Source of the DNA: Planctomycetota bacterium
GTDB taxonomy: Bacteria; Planctomycetota; UBA11346
Assembly: GCA_028280785.1 (NCBI GenBank)
Contig: JANQLF010000212.1
Location: 93,444 to 157,443, forward strand
Length of the DNA: 64,000 nt
Direction: 5' to 3'
Both the position numbers and the translations under genes were made by a program. Positions within the stretch are counted from its first letter, which is position 1. The number at the start of each line of letters is the position of its first letter. This document shows positions 7,972 to 16,295 of this stretch, in pieces. The notes under the pieces are model-generated. The model ran no database searches, had not been told where the DNA came from, and saw only the letters and a list, made by a program, of their open reading frames with translations.

Positions 7972-10900
7972 ATGCCTTTACAACAAGAACTCTTTCAGAA
8001 TCCCCCTGCATCAATGCGCGGGGCTCCATTTTGGTCACTCAACTGCGACATGAATGATCATGAGCGCCTCTTTGAGCACATCGATGCTTTTGAAGAAATG
8101 GGCCTTGGTGGTTACCACCTGCATGTTCGTCCCGGATTAAAAACGCCTTACTTAAGTGAAGATTTTCTTACTGCACTGCGTGTCGCTCGTGACCACGGCA
8201 ACAGCAAAGGCATGCTCAGTTATTTATATGATGAAGACACCTGGCCTTCTGGTTTTGCCGGTGGTGTGGTTACTGAAGATTTAGCTTATCGCCAACGCTG
8301 GATGCAAATCAGTAGCGACAAACCTGAAGAAAACAAATTCGTTAACATAATTGCTGCTTACGAAATTGAATCAAACGACAGCGGTTATTTGATCAACGCT
8401 AAGCAAGTAGATCCAGAGACTACATCGGAACAGCTTTGGTACGCCAGCCTCTGCATCGCTCCTGATAATGATCGCTTTAATGGCGCGGCATATTTGGACG
8501 TATTAAATCCACAGGCAATTGATAAATTTATTGAGTGCACTCACAGTGCTTTTTTAAATACTTTTGATGGTGCATTCCCCAAAGACGTTCCAGCAATTTT
8601 TACCGACGAACCGCAGATGGCCTGCGCTCAAGAAATGGCGGGACCTTTTTCAGGTACTGCACGTATTCCTTGGACTGATGATTTAGCCGATTCTTTTCAA
8701 CAAGCATACAACGTTGATATCATTGAACGTTTGCCATTTATATTCTGGCCCACAGTAAAAGGCCCAGACTGCATCCGATGGAAATATTGGGATCATGTCA
8801 CGGAACGTTTTGCCAGCGCATTTGCTGATCGCATCGGTGATTGGTGCGAGAAAAACCAGATTGCCTTAACTGGTCACATGAATGCCGAAGCCGATTTACA
8901 TGGTCAAATCGGATTTCTCGGCGAAGCGATGCGCCATTATCGTGGCTTTCAAATTCCTGGCATCGATATCTTGTGCGATAAATATGAACCTGCGACTGCT
9001 AAGCAGGCAGTCAGCGTTGCTCGACAAGATGGCCGTCAACAAGTCATGAGTGAATTATATGGTGTCACTAATTGGGACTTCCCCTTTAGTGGACATAAAT
9101 GCCAGGGTGATTGGCAAGCAGCCATGGGGATTAATTTACGCGTGCCGCATTTAGCTTGGACTAGCATGGAAGGCCAAAGCAAACGCGATTATCCCGCAGC
9201 CATCGGCATTCAATCGCCGTGGTATAAAGAATATAAAATTATTGAAGATCACTTTGCCCGCGTGCATACAGCATTAGCTACCGGCAATGCACTCGTTCGT
9301 GTTGGCGTTATTCATAGCATCGAAAGTGCGTGGCTGCATAAAGGCGTTGTCAGCTTAGACCGCCAAGCCTTCGATGAACAACAGATGCATTTTCAAAATT
9401 GCATGGAATGGTTAATTGACGGACAAATTGATTTCGATTTCATCGCCGAATCCTTATTACCACAACAACACCAAGGAAATAACAGAAAACAATTACAAGT
9501 AGGTGAAATGCACTACGATGTAATTATCCTGCCGTCGCTCGAAAATATTCGTCAAAGCACTTTGGATATTTTGCAAGCATTTGTTAAAAACGGCGGAAGT
9601 GTTTTGGTTGCAGGTTCATTTCCGCAATACTGTAACGGTGAAAAACACAGCGATATCCAATCACAATTAGAAAATGCCACCCATGTCGAGATGAATGAAG
9701 CAGCACTACTCGAGGCACTTGATTCCTGGCGCGAAATCAGCATTGATACCAAAGGAGGCACACGACGTCGTTTAATCAATCATCAACTGCGTCAGGATGA
9801 CGATGAGCGTATTTTATTTTGCAGCTATCGTCTGCGCCAAGAAAACATCCCGGCACCCTGGGCAATGAACGATACCCCTTACAAAGTAGATAGTTCAAAC
9901 AGTGATCACATTCGCATGCGCGGCGAGTGGGAAGTCCGTGAATTAAATACCATGACCGGGCATGAAGAAGACTGTGCCTTTTATCAAGACAATGGTTGGA
10001 CCTACGTTCCCTGGAATATCTTCCCACATGACCACCGTTTATTACGTTTTATTCCTGGCACAGGCCAACAAGACAGCAGCAATAAAAATTGGCAAGTCAT
10101 CAACGAATGCGCAGAACCACAAACCGTAATACGCAGTGAGGATAATGTACTATTGCTCGATCAGCCTGAATGGCGCGTCGATGATGAAGAATGGCAGCCT
10201 GCGCAAGATAGTATAACTACGCAATTATCACTGCTTGATCGCTTTGGCTGGCCGGATTGGGCCCAACCCTACAGCGTCAAAGATCCTGCACCCTATCATA
10301 AAGTCAGCCGTCGATTTACTATTCACAGCGACATTCCTTTATCGAACGCACGTTTAATGTGCGAGCGTATGAATGAAGCGATATTTATTTTAAATGGCGA
10401 AACCATTAATTTAAAAAGCGATTCGTGGTGGGTCGATCGCGATTTAACCTGCGGCACCCTCCCAGACCTAGAAGCCGGTACTCATACGCTCGAAGTTCAA
10501 TTAATGCTCGATGGCGTTAACCGTCATTTAGAATGGTGTTATTTACTCGGTGATTTTGGTGTTGAAATTCGCGGCGCTCATGCGCGCATTATTGCTAGCG
10601 ATAAACCCTGTTATTGGGGTGATCTGGTCAACCAAGACATGCCATTTTATGGCGGCAATAACGATTATCACTTTGACATTACCATCGAAGAAGATGGCGA
10701 CTATGCTTTACGCATCCCATGCTTTGGCGGATCACTGCTGCGTGTTTTCTGCGAAAATAAAGATTGTGGTCCAATAGCCTTTGCCCCATTTCGTGCAGAA
10801 CTCGGCCGATTAAATGCTGGCACACATATGATTCGCATCTGCGCATACGGCAATCGCCACAATTGTTTTGGTGCTTTACATAATTCCACACCTGGCTGGA

Positions 10901-11010
10901 AATGGTTCGGTCCACCTGCCTGGCGTAGCCAAGACCTCTACAGCAATCGCATTTGGCAATTAAAACCAAGTGGCATTTTACGCACACCGTTTTTAGAGAA
11001 GCTAGGCTAA
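7972..11010 (+). CDS. large leaderless glycoside-hydrolase-like protein (GH106-like or unclassified family; tentative)
   Basis: The N-terminus FQNPPASMRGAPFWSLN...EEMGLGGYHLHVRPGLKTPYLSEDF follows the 'F.NPP...R..P.W.WN....G.GG' pattern I associate with GH106-type and related bacterial glycosidases. The first ATG in frame is at 7972; the track start at 7948 is TTG. Confidence 0.6.
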   Translation: MPLQQELFQNPPASMRGAPFWSLNCDMNDHERLFEHIDAFEEMGLGGYHLHVRPGLKTPYLSEDFLTALRVARDHGNSKGMLSYLYDEDTWPSGFAGGVVTEDLAYRQRWMQISSDKPEENKFVNIIAAYEIESNDSGYLINAKQVDPETTSEQLWYASLCIAPDNDRFNGAAYLDVLNPQAIDKFIECTHSAFLNTFDGAFPKDVPAIFTDEPQMACAQEMAGPFSGTARIPWTDDLADSFQQAYNVDIIERLPFIFWPTVKGPDCIRWKYWDHVTERFASAFADRIGDWCEKNQIALTGHMNAEADLHGQIGFLGEAMRHYRGFQIPGIDILCDKYEPATAKQAVSVARQDGRQQVMSELYGVTNWDFPFSGHKCQGDWQAAMGINLRVPHLAWTSMEGQSKRDYPAAIGIQSPWYKEYKIIEDHFARVHTALATGNALVRVGVIHSIESAWLHKGVVSLDRQAFDEQQMHFQNCMEWLIDGQIDFDFIAESLLPQQHQGNNRKQLQVGEMHYDVIILPSLENIRQSTLDILQAFVKNGGSVLVAGSFPQYCNGEKHSDIQSQLENATHVEMNEAALLEALDSWREISIDTKGGTRRRLINHQLRQDDDERILFCSYRLRQENIPAPWAMNDTPYKVDSSNSDHIRMRGEWEVRELNTMTGHEEDCAFYQDNGWTYVPWNIFPHDHRLLRFIPGTGQQDSSNKNWQVINECAEPQTVIRSEDNVLLLDQPEWRVDDEEWQPAQDSITTQLSLLDRFGWPDWAQPYSVKDPAPYHKVSRRFTIHSDIPLSNARLMCERMNEAIFILNGETINLKSDSWWVDRDLTCGTLPDLEAGTHTLEVQLMLDGVNRHLEWCYLLGDFGVEIRGAHARIIASDKPCYWGDLVNQDMPFYGGNNDYHFDITIEEDGDYALRIPCFGGSLLRVFCENKDCGPIAFAPFRAELGRLNAGTHMIRICAYGNRHNCFGALHNSTPGWKWFGPPAWRSQDLYSNRIWQLKPSGILRTPFLEKLG

Positions 11011-11116
11011 CTATATATGGCAAAGAATTTAGGGAAAATGCGAATAATTGTCATTTTAAGCAATTTATATCTATCACGCCATCTCCAAGCCAATAAAAAA
11101 ACTGTAAACTACGATT

Positions 11117-11719
11117 ATGCATCATCTCATAATCGATTCACTTCTTGAGCCTGCCTGCCTAGTCAATCACAATGCCGAAGCACTCAGGGCATATCCGTTT
11201 ATATTTTATTGGCTGCTAGCGTTCATTTTCTGGAATGCATTCTTAGGGAATTATCTAACATATAAAATAAAAAAAGAATCAAAGGTAGATGTCGAATACC
11301 CCATTTGGGCGGTACTAAAATATTATCTCCCAGTCTATGTTTTGTTAATATTCATTCAAATGCACAAATACTCACCCATTGGGCTTATGGTTTCACTTAT
11401 AGTTTTACAAGAAATCAGACATTACCTAGCTGTTTCAAAAATATACTTTCAAGATAAATACAACGCACATATACCCGTAGTTTTAATATCTACACTAGTG
11501 TTATTCTACACTGTTAAGCCATACGGCTTCGTATATCCTATATTATACATTTCTGCTATTTGGATTGGCCAACTCACCTTTCATGCATGGTCATCTAATT
11601 CTTCAGAGTGGAAACGATACCATATCTACATCCTATTCACCCTATTGTCATTATTCGTATTAAGCTATAAAAAATTAGTATTAAATTTTGTAGAAGATAT
11701 ATTTGTATTCTTTATTTGA
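11117..11719 (+). CDS. polytopic membrane protein, function unknown
   Basis: 200 aa with about 6 hydrophobic segments rich in F/I/L/Y. The gene and its upstream spacer look more A+T-rich than the flanks. No recognisable motif. Confidence 0.6.
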   Translation: MHHLIIDSLLEPACLVNHNAEALRAYPFIFYWLLAFIFWNAFLGNYLTYKIKKESKVDVEYPIWAVLKYYLPVYVLLIFIQMHKYSPIGLMVSLIVLQEIRHYLAVSKIYFQDKYNAHIPVVLISTLVLFYTVKPYGFVYPILYISAIWIGQLTFHAWSSNSSEWKRYHIYILFTLLSLFVLSYKKLVLNFVEDIFVFFI

Positions 11720-11735
11720 AAAGATTACTCTTAGC

Positions 11736-13196
11736 CTAACTGAGGTTCAATAAAACTTGGCCACCTTCTTCTTTAACGCTAAAGGTTTTTAAACCTTTAC
11801 ACACGGGTTTGCGCTGCGGTAAACCGTCACGGATATCGAAACGACCATTATGTTTGGGGCATTCAACTTGCTGCCCTTTAACTAAACCTTCGGATAAATG
11901 GACTTTGCCGTGGGTACAAATACCAGAGGTCGCAAATAAATTGCCTTCGGCGTTACGATAAATAGCAAAGGTCTTTTCAGCGTGGTCAAAGCGCACCACA
12001 GACTCGGGCAGAATATCGAGTGCATCACAAACAGAAATCCAACCGGCTAACTGCTGTGGATCGGCGGAAACATAGGTTTGCGCACGCTTAGCTTCTTGTT
12101 TCGGTTCTGGCAATGGACGATCAACAAAATAAGTCGGATCTTTACGCTGCTTTAAGACCGCTGGAATAATTTCTTTCCAGGCATCGTAAATACTCGTATA
12201 TGGCGGCGGTGTGTCGTCTTTTATTAATGCATGTAATTTTGGTAAGTTATGATAAGGAACCAGCGGGAACATATGGTGTTCGATATGATAATTCATATTC
12301 CAATATAAAAAGCGATTAATGATGTTCATGTTAACGGTGCGGCAATTTAGGCGATGATCTAAAACATTTTCTGCCAAGCCAGCGTGCTGGGTTAAGCCAT
12401 AGAGCGGCATGAGCCAGCCACCATATAAACTTGGTAGACCGACAAACATCAACGGTAATAAGCTACTATAATAATAAGCCGCACCGAGTGTCGCTGCATA
12501 AATTAAAAGGTGCACTCGTGCCACCCAATAGACACGATTCCATTGATCTTTGGCCACATACGTTTGCTCATCAGCATGCATAATACCGAAGGCATGCGGA
12601 ATAACTTTTTTGACGTAAGACAACATTTGTGGAATGCCAATAAAACCCAAACATATCATTAACAATGACGGTGGACGCGGTGAAGCAATTTCTGGATCAC
12701 GACCGACAATAATGGTATCACTGTGGTGTCGGGTATGACTCCAGCGCCACAAGGTCGATTCACGCATCACCATAAATGAAGCAATTTCATAAAGCACATT
12801 ATTCATCCAATCTGTTTTAAATGCCGTACCATGACTCGATTCATGCCAGCGCGAATCGGCACTACCACCATAAATCATGCCGTAAATTAAAAATGGAATA
12901 ATAGCCCACCAGGTTCCCCATAAATAAAATCCAGCAGCACCACTACCAATTAATATGCCGAACCAAAATATCGAATCACGTATAGCTGGCCAATTGCGAC
13001 GCGCGAGCAGCTTGCGCATTTCTGCAGGCTCCACTGGACACTGATACCAATCAGCTTCAGCGTAGCCTTTTTGAATGGCTTCTTGGGTCCGTTCACCCAC
13101 GAGACTGTAGTCGTTTGGAGTCTCCCACTCTGTCTTGTGCTGCGCTGCTGCCGTGCTGGCCTTGGTCTGTGGTGGCGGGGTAACCGTTGCGCTCAT
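11736..13196 (-). CDS. membrane fatty-acid-desaturase/hydroxylase-family di-iron oxygenase fused to a C-terminal Rieske [2Fe-2S] domain
   Basis: His boxes HESSH, HTRHH and HIEHH. Rieske motif C-T-H-X16-C-P-K-H (CTHGKVHLSEGLVKGQQVECPKH). The ATG at 13196 is preceded by AGGAG with a 7-nt spacer. An upstream in-frame ATG at 13223 is the alternative start. Confidence 0.85.
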   Translation of the reverse strand: MSATVTPPPQTKASTAAAQHKTEWETPNDYSLVGERTQEAIQKGYAEADWYQCPVEPAEMRKLLARRNWPAIRDSIFWFGILIGSGAAGFYLWGTWWAIIPFLIYGMIYGGSADSRWHESSHGTAFKTDWMNNVLYEIASFMVMRESTLWRWSHTRHHSDTIIVGRDPEIASPRPPSLLMICLGFIGIPQMLSYVKKVIPHAFGIMHADEQTYVAKDQWNRVYWVARVHLLIYAATLGAAYYYSSLLPLMFVGLPSLYGGWLMPLYGLTQHAGLAENVLDHRLNCRTVNMNIINRFLYWNMNYHIEHHMFPLVPYHNLPKLHALIKDDTPPPYTSIYDAWKEIIPAVLKQRKDPTYFVDRPLPEPKQEAKRAQTYVSADPQQLAGWISVCDALDILPESVVRFDHAEKTFAIYRNAEGNLFATSGICTHGKVHLSEGLVKGQQVECPKHNGRFDIRDGLPQRKPVCKGLKTFSVKEEGGQVLLNLS

Positions 13197-13283
13197 GCAA
13201 ATGCTCCTGAAGCCATCTATCATATCGAGTCAGATTTAGGAAAGAATGCTTCTATTTGTCGAAAACATATCTAAAAGTGTCAT

Positions 13284-14141
13284 ATGCTGATAGATAAGGC
13301 CTTTCGCATCGGACGCGTCCAATACGGCCCAGGTAGTGCCCTGGGGCCGCGCGACACCATTGGCTATGAGTTTGTACGCATCCTCAAAGGCAATGTCGAG
13401 TGGACCTACGATAAAGAAGTCCATCAGCTTGGGCCCGGGTCCTTCCTGCTCTCACAGCCAGGGCACATCGAACATTATCGTTGGGACCAAGATGATTTAA
13501 CGCAACACGACTACATTCATTTTTATGCCGACCATTTACCAGATGATTTTCCAGCACCCAATGAATGGGCATTATGTCAAAGACTCCCCGCGCAAAATAT
13601 TCTACACGCTCAATTTCAATATATTATTGACTTGTATCGCAGTAATCATCCGCAGGCCATGCAATTAATTATGCATACACTTGAGCAGATCTTACGTGCA
13701 TGGGCCTATGATCTTCATCAATTTGAAGACCGCGGTTTCCGCGATTATACGGGGCCTGTACAACAAGTTCTTGATATGGTACATGCGCGGTGGCGCCAAC
13801 AAGAATTTCGTCCGCCAGCCATGGAATTAATTGTGCAAGCCAGCGGCGTTTCACGCTCAAGTATTATTCGCGCTTTTAAAAAAGAATGTGGTGACAGCCC
13901 GAGCAAATTTTTTGAACAGCAATGTTTATTATTTGGGCGTTTATTACTGCTCGAAACCAATCGCAGCATTGAAGCAATAAGTGATGAACTCGGTTACCCT
14001 AATCCCTTTCACTTCAGCAAAAATTTCAAAAATGCCTTTGGTCTTTCACCGCGTGCTTATAGACAAAAGCCGCCACCAGAAGAAGGCCCTTATCGCTTTC
14101 GACATATATTTGAGCTGCTTTCAGCCACCCAGAGCATCTGA
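13284..14141 (+). CDS. AraC-family transcriptional regulator (cupin-like N-domain)
   Basis: C-terminal HTH pair ...SGVSRSSIIRAFKKECGDSPSKFFEQQCLLFGRLLLLETNRSIEAISDELGYPNPFHFSKNFKNAFGLSPRAYR. It is divergent from the desaturase-Rieske gene. Confidence 0.9.
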   Translation: MLIDKAFRIGRVQYGPGSALGPRDTIGYEFVRILKGNVEWTYDKEVHQLGPGSFLLSQPGHIEHYRWDQDDLTQHDYIHFYADHLPDDFPAPNEWALCQRLPAQNILHAQFQYIIDLYRSNHPQAMQLIMHTLEQILRAWAYDLHQFEDRGFRDYTGPVQQVLDMVHARWRQQEFRPPAMELIVQASGVSRSSIIRAFKKECGDSPSKFFEQQCLLFGRLLLLETNRSIEAISDELGYPNPFHFSKNFKNAFGLSPRAYRQKPPPEEGPYRFRHIFELLSATQSI

Positions 14142-14192
14142 GATACCTGCATACACTTTGTAAGCTCTACACTGATAATTCATCTAGTTGTC

Positions 14193-14918
14193 ATGCTCCG
14201 TTGCTATTCTTCTCCCATGATCGCACGCATCAGCCTTATTTGTTGTCTATTAGTAGCAGCGCAATACAGCCTGTTTGCACAAGATGAGTATCCACAAGGT
14301 ACGGCTATGCTTGGAGTTATGCTCCACCCTGTACCACTACATCGGCTTGAGCAGGTAGGCCTTGCCCCAGGTCAAGGGACCATGATTACCCGCGTGTGGC
14401 CAAACAGTGCAGCCGATCGTATGGGTCTGCAAGTTGGTGATGTGATCGTTAATGTGAATGGAACCGACGTCGATTCGCGCCGTGATGTGCGCACCACCGT
14501 TATTAGCCACAACGAGGGCGATGACGCACAAGTCACCGTTCTTCGTAACAGCAACCAACCTATCGAATTAAATGATAGGTTTGGTGCATTGCCCCCTTGG
14601 TTAGAAGAACGATTAAAGCGCTACATCCCACGCATGACGACGCGTTGGGAAGACCATGTCGCAGCACGCCAACGCGCTATTTTAGCCGCTCAAGAAAAAC
14701 AGTTAGAAAAACTTGCTGAAGACGTCAACGCATTAGAAAAGCAACACGCTGCTGATGCAAACCCACTTCAATTGCTACAACCATTAGATTACTCAAAACG
14801 CACTTACAAAGAGCACAGCCCGTCAAGTGAAGCAGCATGGACTTTTACTTATTCATGGACCTTAAAACCCAGTAAAAAGGAAAAATCGTGCGCTTCATCA
14901 TCGCTTGTACATTTTTAA
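14193..14918 (+). CDS. secreted PDZ-domain protein with coiled-coil tail
   Basis: Signal peptide (MIARISLICCLLVAAQYSLFA if translation starts at 14217). PDZ core GLQVGDVIVNVNGTDVDSRRDV...VTVLRN. No protease domain. Confidence 0.75.
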   Translation: MLRCYSSPMIARISLICCLLVAAQYSLFAQDEYPQGTAMLGVMLHPVPLHRLEQVGLAPGQGTMITRVWPNSAADRMGLQVGDVIVNVNGTDVDSRRDVRTTVISHNEGDDAQVTVLRNSNQPIELNDRFGALPPWLEERLKRYIPRMTTRWEDHVAARQRAILAAQEKQLEKLAEDVNALEKQHAADANPLQLLQPLDYSKRTYKEHSPSSEAAWTFTYSWTLKPSKKEKSCASSSLVHF

Positions 14919-15517
14919 TTCTGTTTTCTCACATTTATGCCGAAGAAAACATTCGGCCGAAGGCCAAGCTCGGCATCAGCATAGATAAAAGTGATACCAA
15001 TTTTGATGACAACCCTGGCGTCGCTATTGTTGCCATCGAAGAAAACTCCAATGCCGCACGCATCGGTCTCTTAGTTGGCGACCGCATCATTGCTGTTAAT
15101 GACGATGCCATTACTTCACTGGAATTACTCGGCACTGCACTTGGTAAACTAGAAGTCGATACTGAAATGAAAGTTACGGTTCTACGCAACGGTAAAGAAA
15201 GCACGCTTTCTGGCAAACTGAAGCCAATTATCAGCGCCAAAACTATTAAAGAGCGTCAAGCAGAACTCGAAAAACAGATTAAAGAAGCGACGCAATCAAA
15301 AAACCGCGATCGCTATAGTTTGCAAGACTTATTAATTATATTACGTCAAATCGAACATGATTTGCCAATCGCCGCACGCGAGTTTAAAGAAATTTATCCC
15401 AATGGTCGCTTCAAACTGTCAATAGACATCGATATTGATACCGACACGACCAAGGACGACACCGAAAAAATCAACATTAACGATAACCCAAAACCAAAAA
15501 CCGAAAAAACGGAGTAA
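14888..15517 (+). CDS. secreted PDZ-domain protein (paralog-like of the preceding gene)
   Basis: GTG start and signal peptide MRFIIACTFLILFSHIYA. PDZ core GLLVGDRIIAVNDDAITSLELL...VTVLRNGKE. It overlaps the upstream gene by 31 nt. Confidence 0.75.
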   Translation: MRFIIACTFLILFSHIYAEENIRPKAKLGISIDKSDTNFDDNPGVAIVAIEENSNAARIGLLVGDRIIAVNDDAITSLELLGTALGKLEVDTEMKVTVLRNGKESTLSGKLKPIISAKTIKERQAELEKQIKEATQSKNRDRYSLQDLLIILRQIEHDLPIAAREFKEIYPNGRFKLSIDIDIDTDTTKDDTEKININDNPKPKTEKTE

Positions 15518-15520
15518 TCC

Positions 15521-16246
15521 ATGTATTTACGTATTTTATCAGTCATCGTACTAACTTGCACTATTCTCTTCGCGCTAAGCGCCCAAGAAAATCGCCGTCG
15601 CGGTGGTAATAACTGGGGCAATTGGGGAAGCTGGGGTGCCGCCAACTCATTCGATAAATTGAGTAAATCCGACAAACCCGAAGATCTCGAGCAAGCAGCA
15701 TTCACAGCAATACTCGAAGATATTAATTTTCAAATGGCTGCGATTCGTTCAAAAACCATTAACGAGGATGCCAGCGTTCAAGCAGCTTATCAAAAAGCCA
15801 TTGAAGCGCAGAAAGCCTATCTAGCCGTCTTTGAAGACATTACCGAGCTTAAAGAATTAGGAGCAAAGCGCAAAGAATTAGAAACAAATATCCGCAGCAT
15901 GGAACGCAATCAAATGCGCGAAGCCTGGGGTCAAATCCGCGAACTACAAACGCAGCAAAGTGACATTCTCAAAAATAACGAAGCCGTTAAAGCATTAAAG
16001 GAAGCGCGTATCGCTGCTGACAGTGCATTTACCGTAGCCTTACGCGAAGCCCTTACTGCTGTTGCCGAATACACTGAACTGCAAGCGCAAAAAGAACAAA
16101 TCGAAAGCATGCAAAAAATGATTCGCGAAGCCCAATACGCCGATCGCATGAAGGCCTGGAATGATCGCAATCGCCAACGCGGTAATCCAGAAAAAGACAA
16201 GCAAGAAGAAGGCAAGAAAAAAGGCCAGGATCTTAAAGAATTCTAA
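15521..16246 (+). CDS. secreted coiled-coil protein, function unknown
   Basis: Signal peptide MYLRILSVIVLTCTILFALSA, then a GNNWGNWGSWG patch, then a long A/E/K/Q-rich helical region. GGAG lies 6 nt before the ATG, and the gene starts 3 nt after the upstream stop. Confidence 0.6.
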   Translation: MYLRILSVIVLTCTILFALSAQENRRRGGNNWGNWGSWGAANSFDKLSKSDKPEDLEQAAFTAILEDINFQMAAIRSKTINEDASVQAAYQKAIEAQKAYLAVFEDITELKELGAKRKELETNIRSMERNQMREAWGQIRELQTQQSDILKNNEAVKALKEARIAADSAFTVALREALTAVAEYTELQAQKEQIESMQKMIREAQYADRMKAWNDRNRQRGNPEKDKQEEGKKKGQDLKEF

Positions 16247-16264
16247 ATAAAGCGCATCCAAGAC

Positions 16265-16295
16265 AAAAAGGGCAGCCAAACGGCTGCCTTTTTTA
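16265..16295. terminator. bidirectional intrinsic terminator between convergent genes
   Basis: aaaaag GGCAGCC aaac GGCTGCC ttttttatt: a 7-bp GC-rich stem (16271-16277 / 16282-16288), a 4-nt loop, a T-tract on the + strand and an A-tract upstream (a T-tract for the - strand). Confidence 0.75.
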
